Of a stretch of 64,000 nt of DNA, positions 26,739 to 38,841 are shown one piece after another. Source of the DNA: Octopus bimaculoides (Eukaryota); contig NC_068981.1 in the NCBI RefSeq assembly GCF_001194135.2, positions 62,370,973 through 62,434,972 on the forward strand, read 5' to 3'. Position numbers and translations under genes: made by a program. The notes under the pieces were generated by a model. That model did not search any database. It was not told the DNA's origin and worked only from the letters and a program-made list of their open reading frames with translations. Within the stretch, counting starts at the first letter, position 1. Every line of letters begins with the position of its first letter.

Positions 26739-26920
26739 CGCTCTATTATTGACTCATTTTAGTGCTTTTTTACAAATCGCCTTTGCACAGAATCTATGGA
26801 AGTACCTAAAACGTTGCCCATTATAGGGAATAGAAGGCGACATAGTTTTCCTAACTTGTGTGCGAAATCGACCGGTGAAACTGAATGAACTAGATCTTTG
26901 ATTTAAGCTATAAATTATCA

Positions 26921-28208
26921 CGTCGGTCATTAAGAATGAAATGTCCAATCTTCGTATGCATGAAGTTTGACAGTCGTTAACTCTAAATTTTTATCCTGAC
27001 AATTCTTTTGTTTTACAGCATTGAAGAGTCACACCATCACTTTTCGAAATGCTATTCATGGTGTCTGATTACATTGTAAGTTTTCTCTTGTAAATCAATT
27101 TTTGTGAAGCTATCGATAGGTCAAAGATTTGTGTTGTTTATGAATATGAGTTCCGTCGTGGAACCAATGCATCTCAGACAGCTCGAAACATCAATGAGGT
27201 GTTTGGTGAAGATGTGGCTAATGAGCGCACTGTATGTCAAAGTTTTAAGAAGTTCCGGTCTGGTGACTTTGCTTTGAAAATCAGTCCCGTGGTAGACCTG
27301 AGACCAAGGTGGATAATGACGAACTGGAAACTGTAGTGGAAGCGGGTACATCTCAAACTACGCGTGATTAAGCAGCAAGGTTTGAAGTTTTGATTCCAAC
27401 GGTACTGGTCCAGCTGAAACAAATTGGCAAGGTAAAGAAGCTGGCCAAGTGGATACCATACAAAATGAAAGAGTATCAGATAACACGTCGTCTTCGAACC
27501 TGCTGTTTTTTGCTGTCACGGCATAAAAGCGAACCATTTATGTGTCGTATTAATACGTGTGAGGAAAAATGGATTCTTTTCAACAATAGCAAGCGTTCTG
27601 CATTGTGGTTGGATCAAAACGAAGTGCCAAAAACACAATCCAAAAAAGAATATTCACGAAAAAAGCTAATGCTGTTTGTTTGACGGTTCAGCGCTGGTCT
27701 CATCCACTACATCTTCATGAGACCTGGTAAGTCAATTATATCGGATGTATACATCAACCAATTGGATGAAATAACGAGTGAACTTGCAATTAAACAAACG
27801 AGATTGGTCAATAGAGACAGGCTAATTCTCTTGCAAGACAATGCTCGACCACATGTTGCACAAACAGCGCTACTCAAGTTACAGAAACTGAAGTTAGAAG
27901 AACTCTGTCATCCACCATATTCACCAGACCCTGCACCAACTGACTAGCACGTTTCCCAGACATTAGACAACATTTTGCTCGAAAAAAACCTCCAAATCTG
28001 AAGAAGATGCTAAACAGCCGTTCGTGATTTCATCACCTCTTGCTCTCCAGAATTCTGCGCTGCCGGCATAAATAAGCTACTGATAAAATGACAAAATTGT
28101 GTTGAAAATTTATTTGCATACTTTGAATAACTGTATTGCTTTCTGTCAAGATAAAGTAAAATAAACTATCAGTTCAAAACCGGATACTTCATTCTTAATG
28201 ACCTGATA
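26921..28208 (+). mobile_element. Full-length (~1.29 kb) decayed mariner with both TIRs
   Basis: TIRs GGTCATTAAGAATGAAATGTCC (26925-) and GGATACTTCATTCTTAATGACC (28182-); transposase YEFRRGTNASQTARNINEVFG, KWIPY, TCEEKW, LQDNARPH, CHPPYSPDPAPTD*. Confidence 0.92.
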
Positions 28209-29088
28209 TTAGTAAACACGGTGCGTTGACGTATATGTAAGTGCCTGTTTTTTCCTAACTTACACACGTACGTACATACACATATACTCGCACACACACA
28301 CACACATACACACACACACACACACACACGCATACACAACAACAGAAGCAACATCAATAAATAAACACACTTCGATATCTTCAATAGACAGTTATCGAGA
28401 GACTTTGTCGTTTGAGATACGTAGCAAAACGTTATTCTTTTATTCTGCTGCGGTAAATTTGGTGATCGACGACTTCTCTTCCTCCGTTGAGATACAGCCA
28501 TACTTCTGTTTCAGCTCTTCCGAATGTGTTTTCTTCTATGCCGTCTATTTTATCATTACTTTCATAGTAGTTGCTAAGTGGTTTACCGAGGTACCTATCA
28601 TTATTTTTTCATACATCCGCATTGACGTTATTTCTTTTTGTATTGTTGTTAGAATGTTAATGTTATTTTGGAAACCGTTAGCAATACACAAAATTATCCC
28701 ATTCTCTTTATTTCCTTCAGAAGAAGGTAACTATATTTATTTTGGTAGACATGTGCCACCATTTTAACCATATTCAAATGCTTTTTGTTCTATAGCAATA
28801 ATAAATAACAAACTACCACTCCTAAATGGAAACATAGAATTCAACTTTGCTCTTTCTTGATATAACAATACAATAAACATCTCAAATTTCATGCTAATGT
28901 AAAGCAAAAATCACTTACCATAACAACAAAAATACATGGAAATGACTTCAATAATAATATGATTATTCTAACCGTACCGATTTAATCACTTTACTATTTG
29001 ACTGACCTTAGAAATGAAATACAATTTGAACTTATCACCTTCAAGGACTTTATTCAGTTATTGATATCTAACCAATTATTTATTCTGC

Positions 29089-29472
29089 GTGGAGGCGCAA
29101 ATGCCCAGTGGTTAGGGCAGCCGACTCGCGGTCATATGATCGTGGTTTCGATTCCCAGACCGGGCGTTGTGAGTGTTTATTGTGCGAAAACACCTACAGC
29201 TCCACGAGGCTCCGGCAGGGGATGGTGGCAAACCCTGCTGTACTCTTTCACCACAACTTTCTCTCACTCTTACTTCCTGTTTCTGTTGTGCCTGTAATTC
29301 AAAGGGTCAGCCTTGTCACACTGTGTCACGCTGAATATCCCCAAGAACTACATTAAATGTACACGTGTCTGTGGAGTGCTCAGCCACTTGCACGTTAATT
29401 TCACGAGCAGGCTGTTCCGTTGATCGGATCAACTGGAACCCTCGTCGTCGTAGGCGACGGAGTGCCAACAAC
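29089..29472 (+). mobile_element. SINE family C, full length, tRNA-derived
   Basis: A-box-like TGCCCAGTGGTTAGG and B-box GGTTTCGATTCC; (CAA)n tail; 11-bp TSD ATTTATTCTGC at 29078-29088 and 29473-29483. Confidence 0.9.
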
Positions 29473-29526
29473 ATTTATTCTGCAGTTTTCTTCTTTTAGT
29501 GACGAAGGAATTTACATGAATGGACA

Positions 29527-29565
<39 letters not shown>

Positions 29566-30042
29566 GTGCATGCAAATACATGTGTGTGTGTTTCTCAGTA
29601 GGATAGATGTCCTCGTATCAAATTATATTCATAAAGCATTAATTAAACAACCTGAGCTATGATAAAGGACAGTTCAATGGGGACCACATTTTATGATCAG
29701 ACTTAGGTCCACTTGATTGTAAAGTATATGTTTAGCTATATTTCTGTCAGCGCCAATTCCCCTGATTTTATTTTATTGAAATCCTATCACTGATCTGAAC
29801 TTCTTGCCAGTGAGATTGTTGTGACAGAATATACTTGTGGGATAAAGCCGCGGAATGTATGTATATCAGATATAATGCATTTCAAATTTTACTAAACGTA
29901 ATACTCGTGTAGTCAATTACGATAATGTTAAGTACAGAATTATCTGAGACATTGCACGAAAATTGTATTTGTAATAAGGTCTCTTCTTTGTCCACGGTGA
30001 AAGAAAACAACTTGTTCACAAATGAGTATTCATTCTTCCCTT

Positions 30043-30511
<469 letters not shown>

Positions 30512-31845
30512 TAGTAGTCTATACTTCCTTACAAGAAGATTTGCTCCACCTCTGTCTATGGGGACCGATCTGCTGAGACACATGTTCCTCGGAGATATAG
30601 ATTAGAATTGACAATACGATGTGAGTGGTTGATGCTTCAGTTAACAATTGCTTGATAGTCTACCAACGTAAGTATATTAGACGTTTATAAATTGCCTTTG
30701 CATCTGTTTTAATAAAACAATAATCAATATATAGGTGGTATTGATTTTAGCTAAGACAGGAGTCTGAAATGTAAAAATGATTGCCATAATGTCAAGTTTT
30801 AAATTCTACACAAAAGGAAATTTAAACTCAACTTAATACTGCTTTCTTTTGACGAGACACAAGGAGATTTTGAGTAGTTAATACTGTAAGTTGAATCGAC
30901 AGCAGTATACAATTCATTATTTCAACTACCTGGAAACAAAATTTCAAAATTTAGATGGACAAGACAAATATGTTTATTGGTTCACTACAACGCTCATCTG
31001 TTTCCGGCCCCGACCAATCTGCATACCTGATTGTTTATTTCACATCAGATATATTTCGGTGTCATTACCCTTGTCAATCTGGTCAAAATTTATCACTGAA
31101 CGTAAAAGACTGTTTACTAATTATTGATGGCATTTCAAAGTACAAATGCTTCTTGTTTGAGATGCTCAAATCATATGTTGACGTCGAACTTTAGAAAAGA
31201 TTACGCGTCAATCCCAAAGCTCCAATGCCACAGAACAAAGGAATTCTGGAATTAGAAACGTCAGTTTCATTTTCAGAGCTTTACTCTCGAATGCAAACTC
31301 AATTGTTTTCAACGATGGTTAACATGGGGTTCTGGTTGCAGCTCCATATAACACACATTTTATGCTATAAGAACACAAAGACATAGTTCAAAATACTCAT
31401 GAATAAGCTTCTTTTCTTCGGCCCTTTCTTCACATTCATACTTTAAGCACGTACAGATAACATAAAACAAACATTTGATAATTCTTACCTGACACATACA
31501 TTCAAGGCAATCCTGTGGAACTGGACCTACAATGCAAAATAAACCATATATATNNNNNNNNNNNNNNNNNNNNNNNNNNNNNNNNNNNNNNNNNNNNNNN
31601 NNNNNNNNNNNNNNNNNNNNNNNNNNNNNNNNNNNNNNNNNNNNNNNNNNNNNNNNNNNNNNNNNNNNNNNNNNNNNNNNNNNNNNNNNNNNNNNNNNNN
31701 NNNNNNNNNNNNNNNNNNNNNNNNNNNNNNNNNNNNNNNNNNNNNNNNNNATATACATATATATTGATAGGAAGGACAACAAAAGAAAAAAGAGACCTCG
31801 ATATTATGTAAATAGAGGAATCTATTTGTAAAAATATGTGACATT

Positions 31846-33081
31846 TATTCGGTAGCCATGATAAAATTCCGAGTTTCGGATGCCGGGGTGGAAGCCCACG
31901 CCAACATCTCTTCAGTTATCCGGCCATTGAAAATTTCTGTGAAAAATGACCTATGGGAATTGTAACTGACACCTTTATCTTTTAAAGACCATAGATGACT
32001 GGATAATTTGGTAGTTTTTCTTTTGTCCCAGTGCTTGAAACTCAAAGTGTGATTATTGAATCTGGCCTTGAAATTACCCTTCGTGAGGACCACGTACATC
32101 TTCGTCGAAACTGTGTCCTTAGTGGATACAGAGTTCACGGTGGCTTCATGAATGATGGTTTCGGACATGCAAGCTCCATTTATCGGGCACAAGTTTTTAT
32201 CTCTGCATGAACAGCTGCCTTCATATTGCGGCTTTTGTGTGCTGTGTACGATTATGTTTTTAAAATTAGCAGTTGAGCTGAAACTGATTTTTAAGTTATG
32301 TCTGTTGAAGATCTTTCTATAATTATGGTTAACTGGAAAGTGCCTGTCTATCAGGGCCAAGAAGTACTTGCCTATATTAAAGATCACTTCGGGTGTGTAG
32401 GGGTGTGTGAACCAGATGCTTTTCCTATTCCTATGCTTTCTTCTCTTTGTTACTGGACTAGTGGCAGGTTTATAGGTTATTTCTTCATTAAAACTACTAT
32501 CTTTTAGAGCTTTATTATACTGGGGCAACCCTATTAAAAGTGTCCCTATCAGAGGAGAGGCTAGAGATTATTTTACTAATGTTTTTAACTAAATTTTTAA
32601 ACACTATAGGGGGATGGCAGGAACCTACATTGATGTAACTATGCCTATCTTTGGGCTTCCTATAAATATTCTTATAAATATTCTTATTCAGATCTAGGGA
32701 CACATCTAGGTAATTGACAACCGCCAGGTTGGTATCTGTAGTTATGCTGAGACCGAAGGTTTTCATCAAATGGATAATATTCTTCCTGAACCGATCCTGT
32801 GCTGGTCCATTGGTATTAGCGGGTAAAGCTAGGGCATCATCTTTGTAAATTGCGAAGTGTACGTCAGGAAAAGTCTTGCCCAACGTATCTAGTAGGAATA
32901 ATCCAATAAGTTCGCATATGCCTGCTCCATCATATGACCCCATGCTCACATCGAAAGCACCCTCTGTATCGGTAGTCTCATTTTTCACAGGAATTTTCAA
33001 TGGCCGGATAACTGAAGAGATGTTGGCGTGGGCTCCCACCCCGGCATCCGAAACTCGGAGTTTTATCATGGCTACCGAATA
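31846..33081 (-). mobile_element. 5'-truncated Penelope-like element (Naiad-like RT + GIY-YIG) flanked by 104-bp inverted pLTRs
   Basis: RT: FDVSMGSYDGAGICELIGL, IYKDDAL, NYLDVSLDL, YRKP, SCHPP; 1-nt frameshift near 32524; linker CSCRDKNLCPINGAC (CxCx5Cx5C); EN: IIHEATV..MYVVLTKGNFKARFNNHTLSF..TKLSSHLW; arms 31846-31949 and 32978-33081 differ at only 3 positions. Confidence 0.92.
33003..33072 (+). ncRNA. Type I hammerhead ribozyme in right pLTR (sister copy on minus strand at 31855-31924)
   Basis: GCC-G-GATAA-CTGAAGA(33012-33018)-GATG..hairpin..CATC-C-GAAAC-TCGGA-GTT-TTATC-AT-GGC; palindromic AAACTC-G-GAGTTT stem III; predicted cut after 33062. Confidence 0.75.
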
Positions 33082-33935
33082 TGCTATAGCTGAATTTGGA
33101 CTCATTAGAAAGAAAGTGCAACACAAAAAATCGCAAAGCATCTGGCTTATATTCCCTTACAATCCCGCTACTACAACACTCGTGTTTGTTACATTTTATA
33201 GAATCCGAAATGCAAGGTAAATCTTAGATTTGAACTCAGAGCGCAAAGAGATGGAGTAAATATTTCGAAGCATAATATATATTGTGCCGATTACTATCTA
33301 ATTTACTTTTACAGATAAACGCTAACGGGAAACTAACCAATAATTTTGGAATGTATATATAGAAAATTTATGGAAACGACGGAGATTGACCACCGAGTGT
33401 TTAATGAAAAGTTTATTCTAAAGTGATCGAAATTAAAATCTGCTATCGAAATTTCAACTTTACGCTCCAATGACTAGGTTATTAATGTTATTTTTAAAAG
33501 TTATTTTACTATTCAGCATTTTTCAGTATTTCCAAACACTGGGGTGAAGTCAGAGTATTTTACTCACACCATTGTGTGTATTTGTGTGTTTTTATTACGG
33601 TATTACCCAGGGTCTTCAACAAGTATTCAATATGTTTCGTGGCAAAGTGTAAAGTAATATACACACATACATACATACATACATACATACATACATTGCT
33701 ACCATTGAGAAGCAAATTCCCAAAACAGTCGAAATCAGCCACTGCGATCGTTCCAACATTTTTGCTCAACGTACAAGTCGCCAGCCTTTCTACCACTGTC
33801 CAAAAATCATAGATCCAATTTATTGAGGATTTCCTTATTGATCATCCACACCATATCCCTTTCTTCATCCTCAAAGAGAGCCATCTCAATAACCTTCACT
33901 TAGAAGGTGGGTGAGAGTGAAGAATTTTACAGCCA
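33079..33935 (+). repeat. Local direct repeat, copy 1 (second copy at 37775-38841)
   Basis: Colinear homology from ATGCTATAGCTGAATTTG to GAAGAATTTTACAGC; contains a SINE-B fragment (minus), an (ACAT)n run and a probable RTE 3' remnant (minus, 33700-33935). Confidence 0.9.
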
Positions 33936-34490
33936 TAGTATTCGCATAAGCGCACCAATCCATACATACACATGCGCGCCCGCACACCCACGTACATGCG
34001 CATATATGTATATACACATCTACCCTCGCTTGAAGCACACACATGCTCACCCACACATTCACCATATATATATATATATACCCACATCCACGCCCACACA
34101 CACACACGCGCGCACCACGCTCGGTCCCATACACACGCGCACACCACGCTCGCACCCATACACACGCGCACAAAAAAGGTTCATACACACGTCAATATAT
34201 GCACATGCCCAAGAAAAAACAGGGCTAAAAGCAAAATACAGAAAAAAAGTGTAAAAAAAGCGTGAAAAAAAATGTGTAAAAACGTGTATTTTGCCTTTAT
34301 CCCTCCCTGGTATATAGATATNNNNNNNNNNNNNNNNNNNNNNNNNNNNNNNNNNNNNNNNNNNNNNNNNNNNNNNNNNNNNNNNNNNNNNNNNNNNNNN
34401 NNNNNNNNNNNNNNNNNNNNNNNNNNNNNNNNNNNNNNCGCTTGAAGCACACACATGCTCACCCACACATTCACCATATATATATATATA

Positions 34491-34986
34491 TACGTGGGGT
34501 GATCAATACGTATCCGGACTGTTGTAATAGTAACGAAGCTAAAACAAGCAGAATACACCTGCTTGGGACAGATTGGCCTTAATCGCTGCTGTGCATGTGC
34601 ACATCTGCAATATTTTTCTCTCTTCTGTTTGTTTCGGGTCTCCCAGAACGTTCGTCAATATCGACATTTTTTGTCAATCTTGGAAACGTCTGAACCACCC
34701 GTACGCTTGTGTGTGGTTCATACATGCTTCTCCATAGATTTTATGCAACCCTGCGTAGGCCTCTGAGCAGGTATCGCCATGACAACTTTCTCTGTTATTG
34801 TCAATGCGATGTTCAAACGCTAAACACGTTCCTTCCACACACTGCTGCAAAACAGCGGAAATGAGCTATAACGTTAAAACGTAGAGCGCATACGCAGCAG
34901 AGTTAAAGGTCAGTCTGTGCAAAGCGGCTCTACTCTGCGTACATTAGATATCTTACTTTGGCAACAGCCCTGATACTTATGGATAT
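34491..34986 (-). mobile_element. Internally deleted mariner (MITE-like) with both TIRs
   Basis: TACGTGGGGTGATCAATACGTATCCGGACTGTTG at left, CAACAGCCCTGATACTTATGGAT at right; minus-strand HTH remnant TCSEAYAGLHKIYGEACMNHTQAYGWFRRFQD. Confidence 0.7.
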
Positions 34987-36354
34987 ATATATATAGCTAG
35001 ATAAATATATCTTAAAGATCATATTTCCACGATAGAAAATACTTAATACAGAAATGCATATACATACATACATGCATGCATACATATATACATACATTCA
35101 TACGTACATACATAAGTACTTACATTCATACACATACACATATGTACACATAGCAATAATTATGCTGGTATAGGTGTGTAGTCGCAAATACTTATTAGTT
35201 GAAATTTGGGGTTAATCAACGCTATTGAATTCACAGTCAAATTAAATATTGATTCGTAATACTTCGTTACTATAATCTATATTTAAGCCACTACTTTACG
35301 TAAATCCTATTCAAGCACATGATATCAGATACTAAATTAGCACCATAACAACTCCTCTCTAAAAGACATATTTGATGAATTTTAATAAACAAGAATTGGC
35401 GCAGAAATATTTTGAATCAAACATTTATGAGTCAATAATATTAATAGTTATATTACTGTTACACGAACGAAAACACACGAACAAACACACACAGAAAATC
35501 AAGGTGAGCCAGTGAAAAGAGCACACACACATGCAGACACACACACACACATACATATATGGTGGTGCATCAGCATGGCCGCAGCTCTAAGCTGAAACTT
35601 AATAAATATATATATATATATATATATATANNNNNNNNNNNNNNNNNNNNNNNNNNNNNNNNNNNNNNNNNNNNNNNNNNNNNNNNNNNNNNNNNNNNNN
35701 NNNNNNNNNNNNNNNNNNNNNNNNNNNNNNNNNNNNNNNNNNNNNNNNNNNNNNNNNNNNNNNNNNNNNNNNNNNNNNNNNNNNNNNNNNNNNNNNNNNN
35801 NNNNNNNNNNNNNNNNNNNNNNNNNNNNNNNNNNNNNNNNNNNNNNNNNNNNNNNNNNNNNNNNNNNNNNNNNNNNNNNNNNNNNNNNNNNNNNNNNNNN
35901 NNNNNNNNNNNNNNNNNNNNNNNNNNNNNNNNNNNNNNNNNNNNNNNNNNNNNNNNNNNNNNNNNNNNNNNNNNNNNNNNNNNNNNNNNNNNNNNNNNNN
36001 NNNNNNNNNNNNNNNNNNNNNNNNNNNNNNNNNNNNNNNNNNNNNNNNNNNNNNNNNNNNNNNNNNNNNNNNNNNNNNNNNNNNNNNNNNNNNNNNNNNN
36101 NNNNNNNNNNNNNNNNNNNNNNNNNNNNNNNNNNNNNNNNNNNNNNNNNNNNNNNNNNNNNNNNNNNNNNNNNNNNNNNNNNNNNNNNNNNNNNNNNNNN
36201 NNNNNNNNNNNNNNNNNNNNNNNNNNNNNNNNNNNNNNNNNNNNNNNNNNNNNNNNNNNNNNNNNNNNNNNNNNNNNNNNNNNNNNNNNNNNNNNNNNNN
36301 NNNNNNNNNNNNNNNNNNNNNNNNNNNNNNNNNNNNNNNNNNNNNNNNNNNNNN

Positions 36355-37395
36355 ATACACCATATATACACATATCTGCTCTTTGGAGACGATTATGTCC
36401 TTGTAGCACAGACATTGAGGATATGCAACAGATTCTAAACAACTTCTCGCATGCATTCAACGTTCTGTCTGACCACCAGCATCAAGAAAACTGAGCTTGT
36501 CCTCCACCACATTCGAATCTATCCTACTGCTGTTGCCCCGATTGTATATGTTGATGATAGAGCACTGAAACCTGTTTCTTCCTTCACCTATCTTGGTTCC
36601 ATTGTGTCCAATGATGCTAAGATGGATAGAGAAATTAATTCCAGAAATGGGAAGGCTTCCACTTTCGGTAAGTTTTGCCATAGGCTTTGGAACAGCCACG
36701 AAGGTAAAAATCGATGTATACAAGTCGGTGATTTTCTCATCATAACTTTATGATGCTGAAGCTTGACGCTTTTGATATCCAGTGCTTACCTACTATTTCC
36801 AACATAAAACCGTGATGTGCTAAGAAAATGACACATATCAGGTATTGAAGCCATCCTCATCAAAATACAGCTTAAATGTATCTCAAGTATGAGCGATATC
36901 AGAATTACAAAGCAACTTCTCTTTAGCCATTCCCAAAGATCAGTTGAAGGACGCTCTTGCGCTCCGAAAACAAACTAAAAGATAATCTGAAGCGATGCAA
37001 CATTCCCTTTTCCTCCAGGAAAACAAAGCATCGGAACGCATGACCAGGCGCCAATAATGATTCTCTTTAGTTCAAAGATTTGAGCAAATTCGCTTCCAAC
37101 ATCGGGACCAATTTCATGCAATCATGAAGGCACACTGGCAAAAGGCTGCTCCTCTAAATGAAATCCTCACTTTCCTTGTGGTTTTGTCGCACGGAGCAAA
37201 TCAGGCTTTGCCGTCCACTCAAGAAAACACGCAGTAAAGGATTCACGAGCACTCGGATCCACAAGCTGGTTCCTTGCCAAAAGATTTGTACGGAACCAAC
37301 AGACCACAGGTGAAGCATGTGTGTTCATGAAACATGATCACTGCTTTATTTTACTGACACCTCCATTTGTCGTTCACGACGAGAGAACTCATCAT
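36355..37395 (+). mobile_element. RTE-clade LINE 3' part, decayed
   Basis: DMQQILNNFSHA, KTELVL, VSSFTYLGSIVSNDAKMDREINSRNGKAS..F..RLW; C-terminal C/H-rich CGFVARSKSGFAVHSRKH; 5' side lost in a gap. Confidence 0.85.
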
Positions 37396-37774
37396 ATATC
37401 TGTGCGAGTGTGTATGTGTGTGTGTGCGCGCGTGTGTGTGTGTGAGGTGTGTGTGTAAGTTTGAGTGTGTGTGTGTGTGTGTGTATGAACACAACGTCCC
37501 ACCAGCCTCGAAATCGAAACCATGATCTTGGCATTGTAATTGTATCATGGTAATCACAAAAGATGCATATATGTGCATCGCCGTAGAGTATTTTAATGTT
37601 ATATTTCCCCTTTAACACTTGAAATTTATGTTTTTGCAACAGACAAGATTCCGAATCTAATGAAAGGGAAGTTATCAATTATTTATTCAAATGGATACCT
37701 GAACTCCACTTAAGGCAACCAAGGTGATAAACGGTCGTGGGCAAACTAGAAAAAGGCTTAAGACTACCACAGAA

Positions 37775-38841
37775 TTATGCTATAGCTGAATTTGAACTCA
37801 TTAAAAAGAAAGTGCAACACAAAAAATCGCAAAGTATCTGGTCTAATGTCCTTACAATCCCACTACTGCAACACTTGTGTTTGTTACATTTTATAGAATC
37901 CGAAACGCAAGATAAACATTAGATTTGAACTCAGAGCGCAAAGACATGGAATAAATGTCGCGAAGCATTATATCTAGTGTTGATTACTATCTAATGTAAT
38001 TTTACAGATAAACGCTGATGGAAAACTAAGCAATAATTTTGAAATGCATAATTAGAATATTTATGGAAACATCCGAGACCGCCCACCGGGTGTTTAATGA
38101 ACAATATATTCTAAAGTGATTAAAATTAAAATTCGCTATCGAAATTTCACGTTTATTTATACTCCAAAGACTAGGTTATTAATGTTATTTTTAGAAGTTA
38201 TTTTACTATGTTCTTCAATATTTGCAAACACTGGGGCCAAGTCAGAGTCTTTTACTCTCACCATTGTGTGTATTTGTGTGTTTATATTCCGGCATTACCC
38301 AGAGTCTTAAACAAGTATTCAAAATGTTTCATGGAAAGATGTAAAGTAACGTACAAAGATACATAAATACATACATATATACATACATACATACATACGA
38401 ACATACAAAGATACATACATACATTCATACATGCATACATACATATACACATACATACATACATGTATACATACATACATACATACATATACACACAGAC
38501 ATACATGCGAACATACACACATACATACATTCATACATGCATACATACATAATACATACATGCATACATACATACATACATACATACATACATACATACA
38601 CTGCTGCCATTAAAAAGCAAATTCCCAAAACAGTCAAAATCACCCACTGCGATCGTTCCAACATTTTTGCACAGTGCACAAGGCGCCAGCCTTTCCACCA
38701 ATGTCCAAAAATGGTAGATCCAATTTGTTGAGGGTTGCCTTATTGACCATGCACACCATATCCCTTTCTTCGTCCTCAAAGAGAGCCATCTCATTAACCT
38801 CCACTTAGAAGCTGGGGTGAGAATGAAGAATTTTACAGCTA
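37775..38841 (+). repeat. Local direct repeat, copy 2 (expanded (ACAT)n)
   Basis: Homologous to 33079-33935; microsatellite 38350-38600 is much longer than in copy 1. Confidence 0.9.

Noticed and set aside
28702-28732. Possible 6-nt microexon (polypyrimidine-CAG | AAGAAG | GTAACT at 28721-28726)
   Set aside because: No host gene context; such short signals arise by chance in AT-rich DNA. It would need RNA-seq junction support.
29091-29165. tRNA gene
   Set aside because: It is the tRNA-derived head of a TSD-flanked SINE.
32170-32225. Selenocysteine recoding, reported for some Naiad PLEs
   Set aside because: The linker cysteines checked are ordinary TGT/TGC codons and both ORF segments are open, so there is no in-frame TGA to recode in this fragment.
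32978-33141. N-terminal ~55 aa of ORF 32515-33141 and C-terminal tail of ORF 31845-32528 as protein
   Set aside because: These are read-throughs of the non-coding pLTR and flank; RT homology starts only near 32977.
34027-34490. 54-bp direct repeat at 34027-34080 and 34439-34490
   Set aside because: The second copy abuts an N gap; most likely an unresolved contig overlap.
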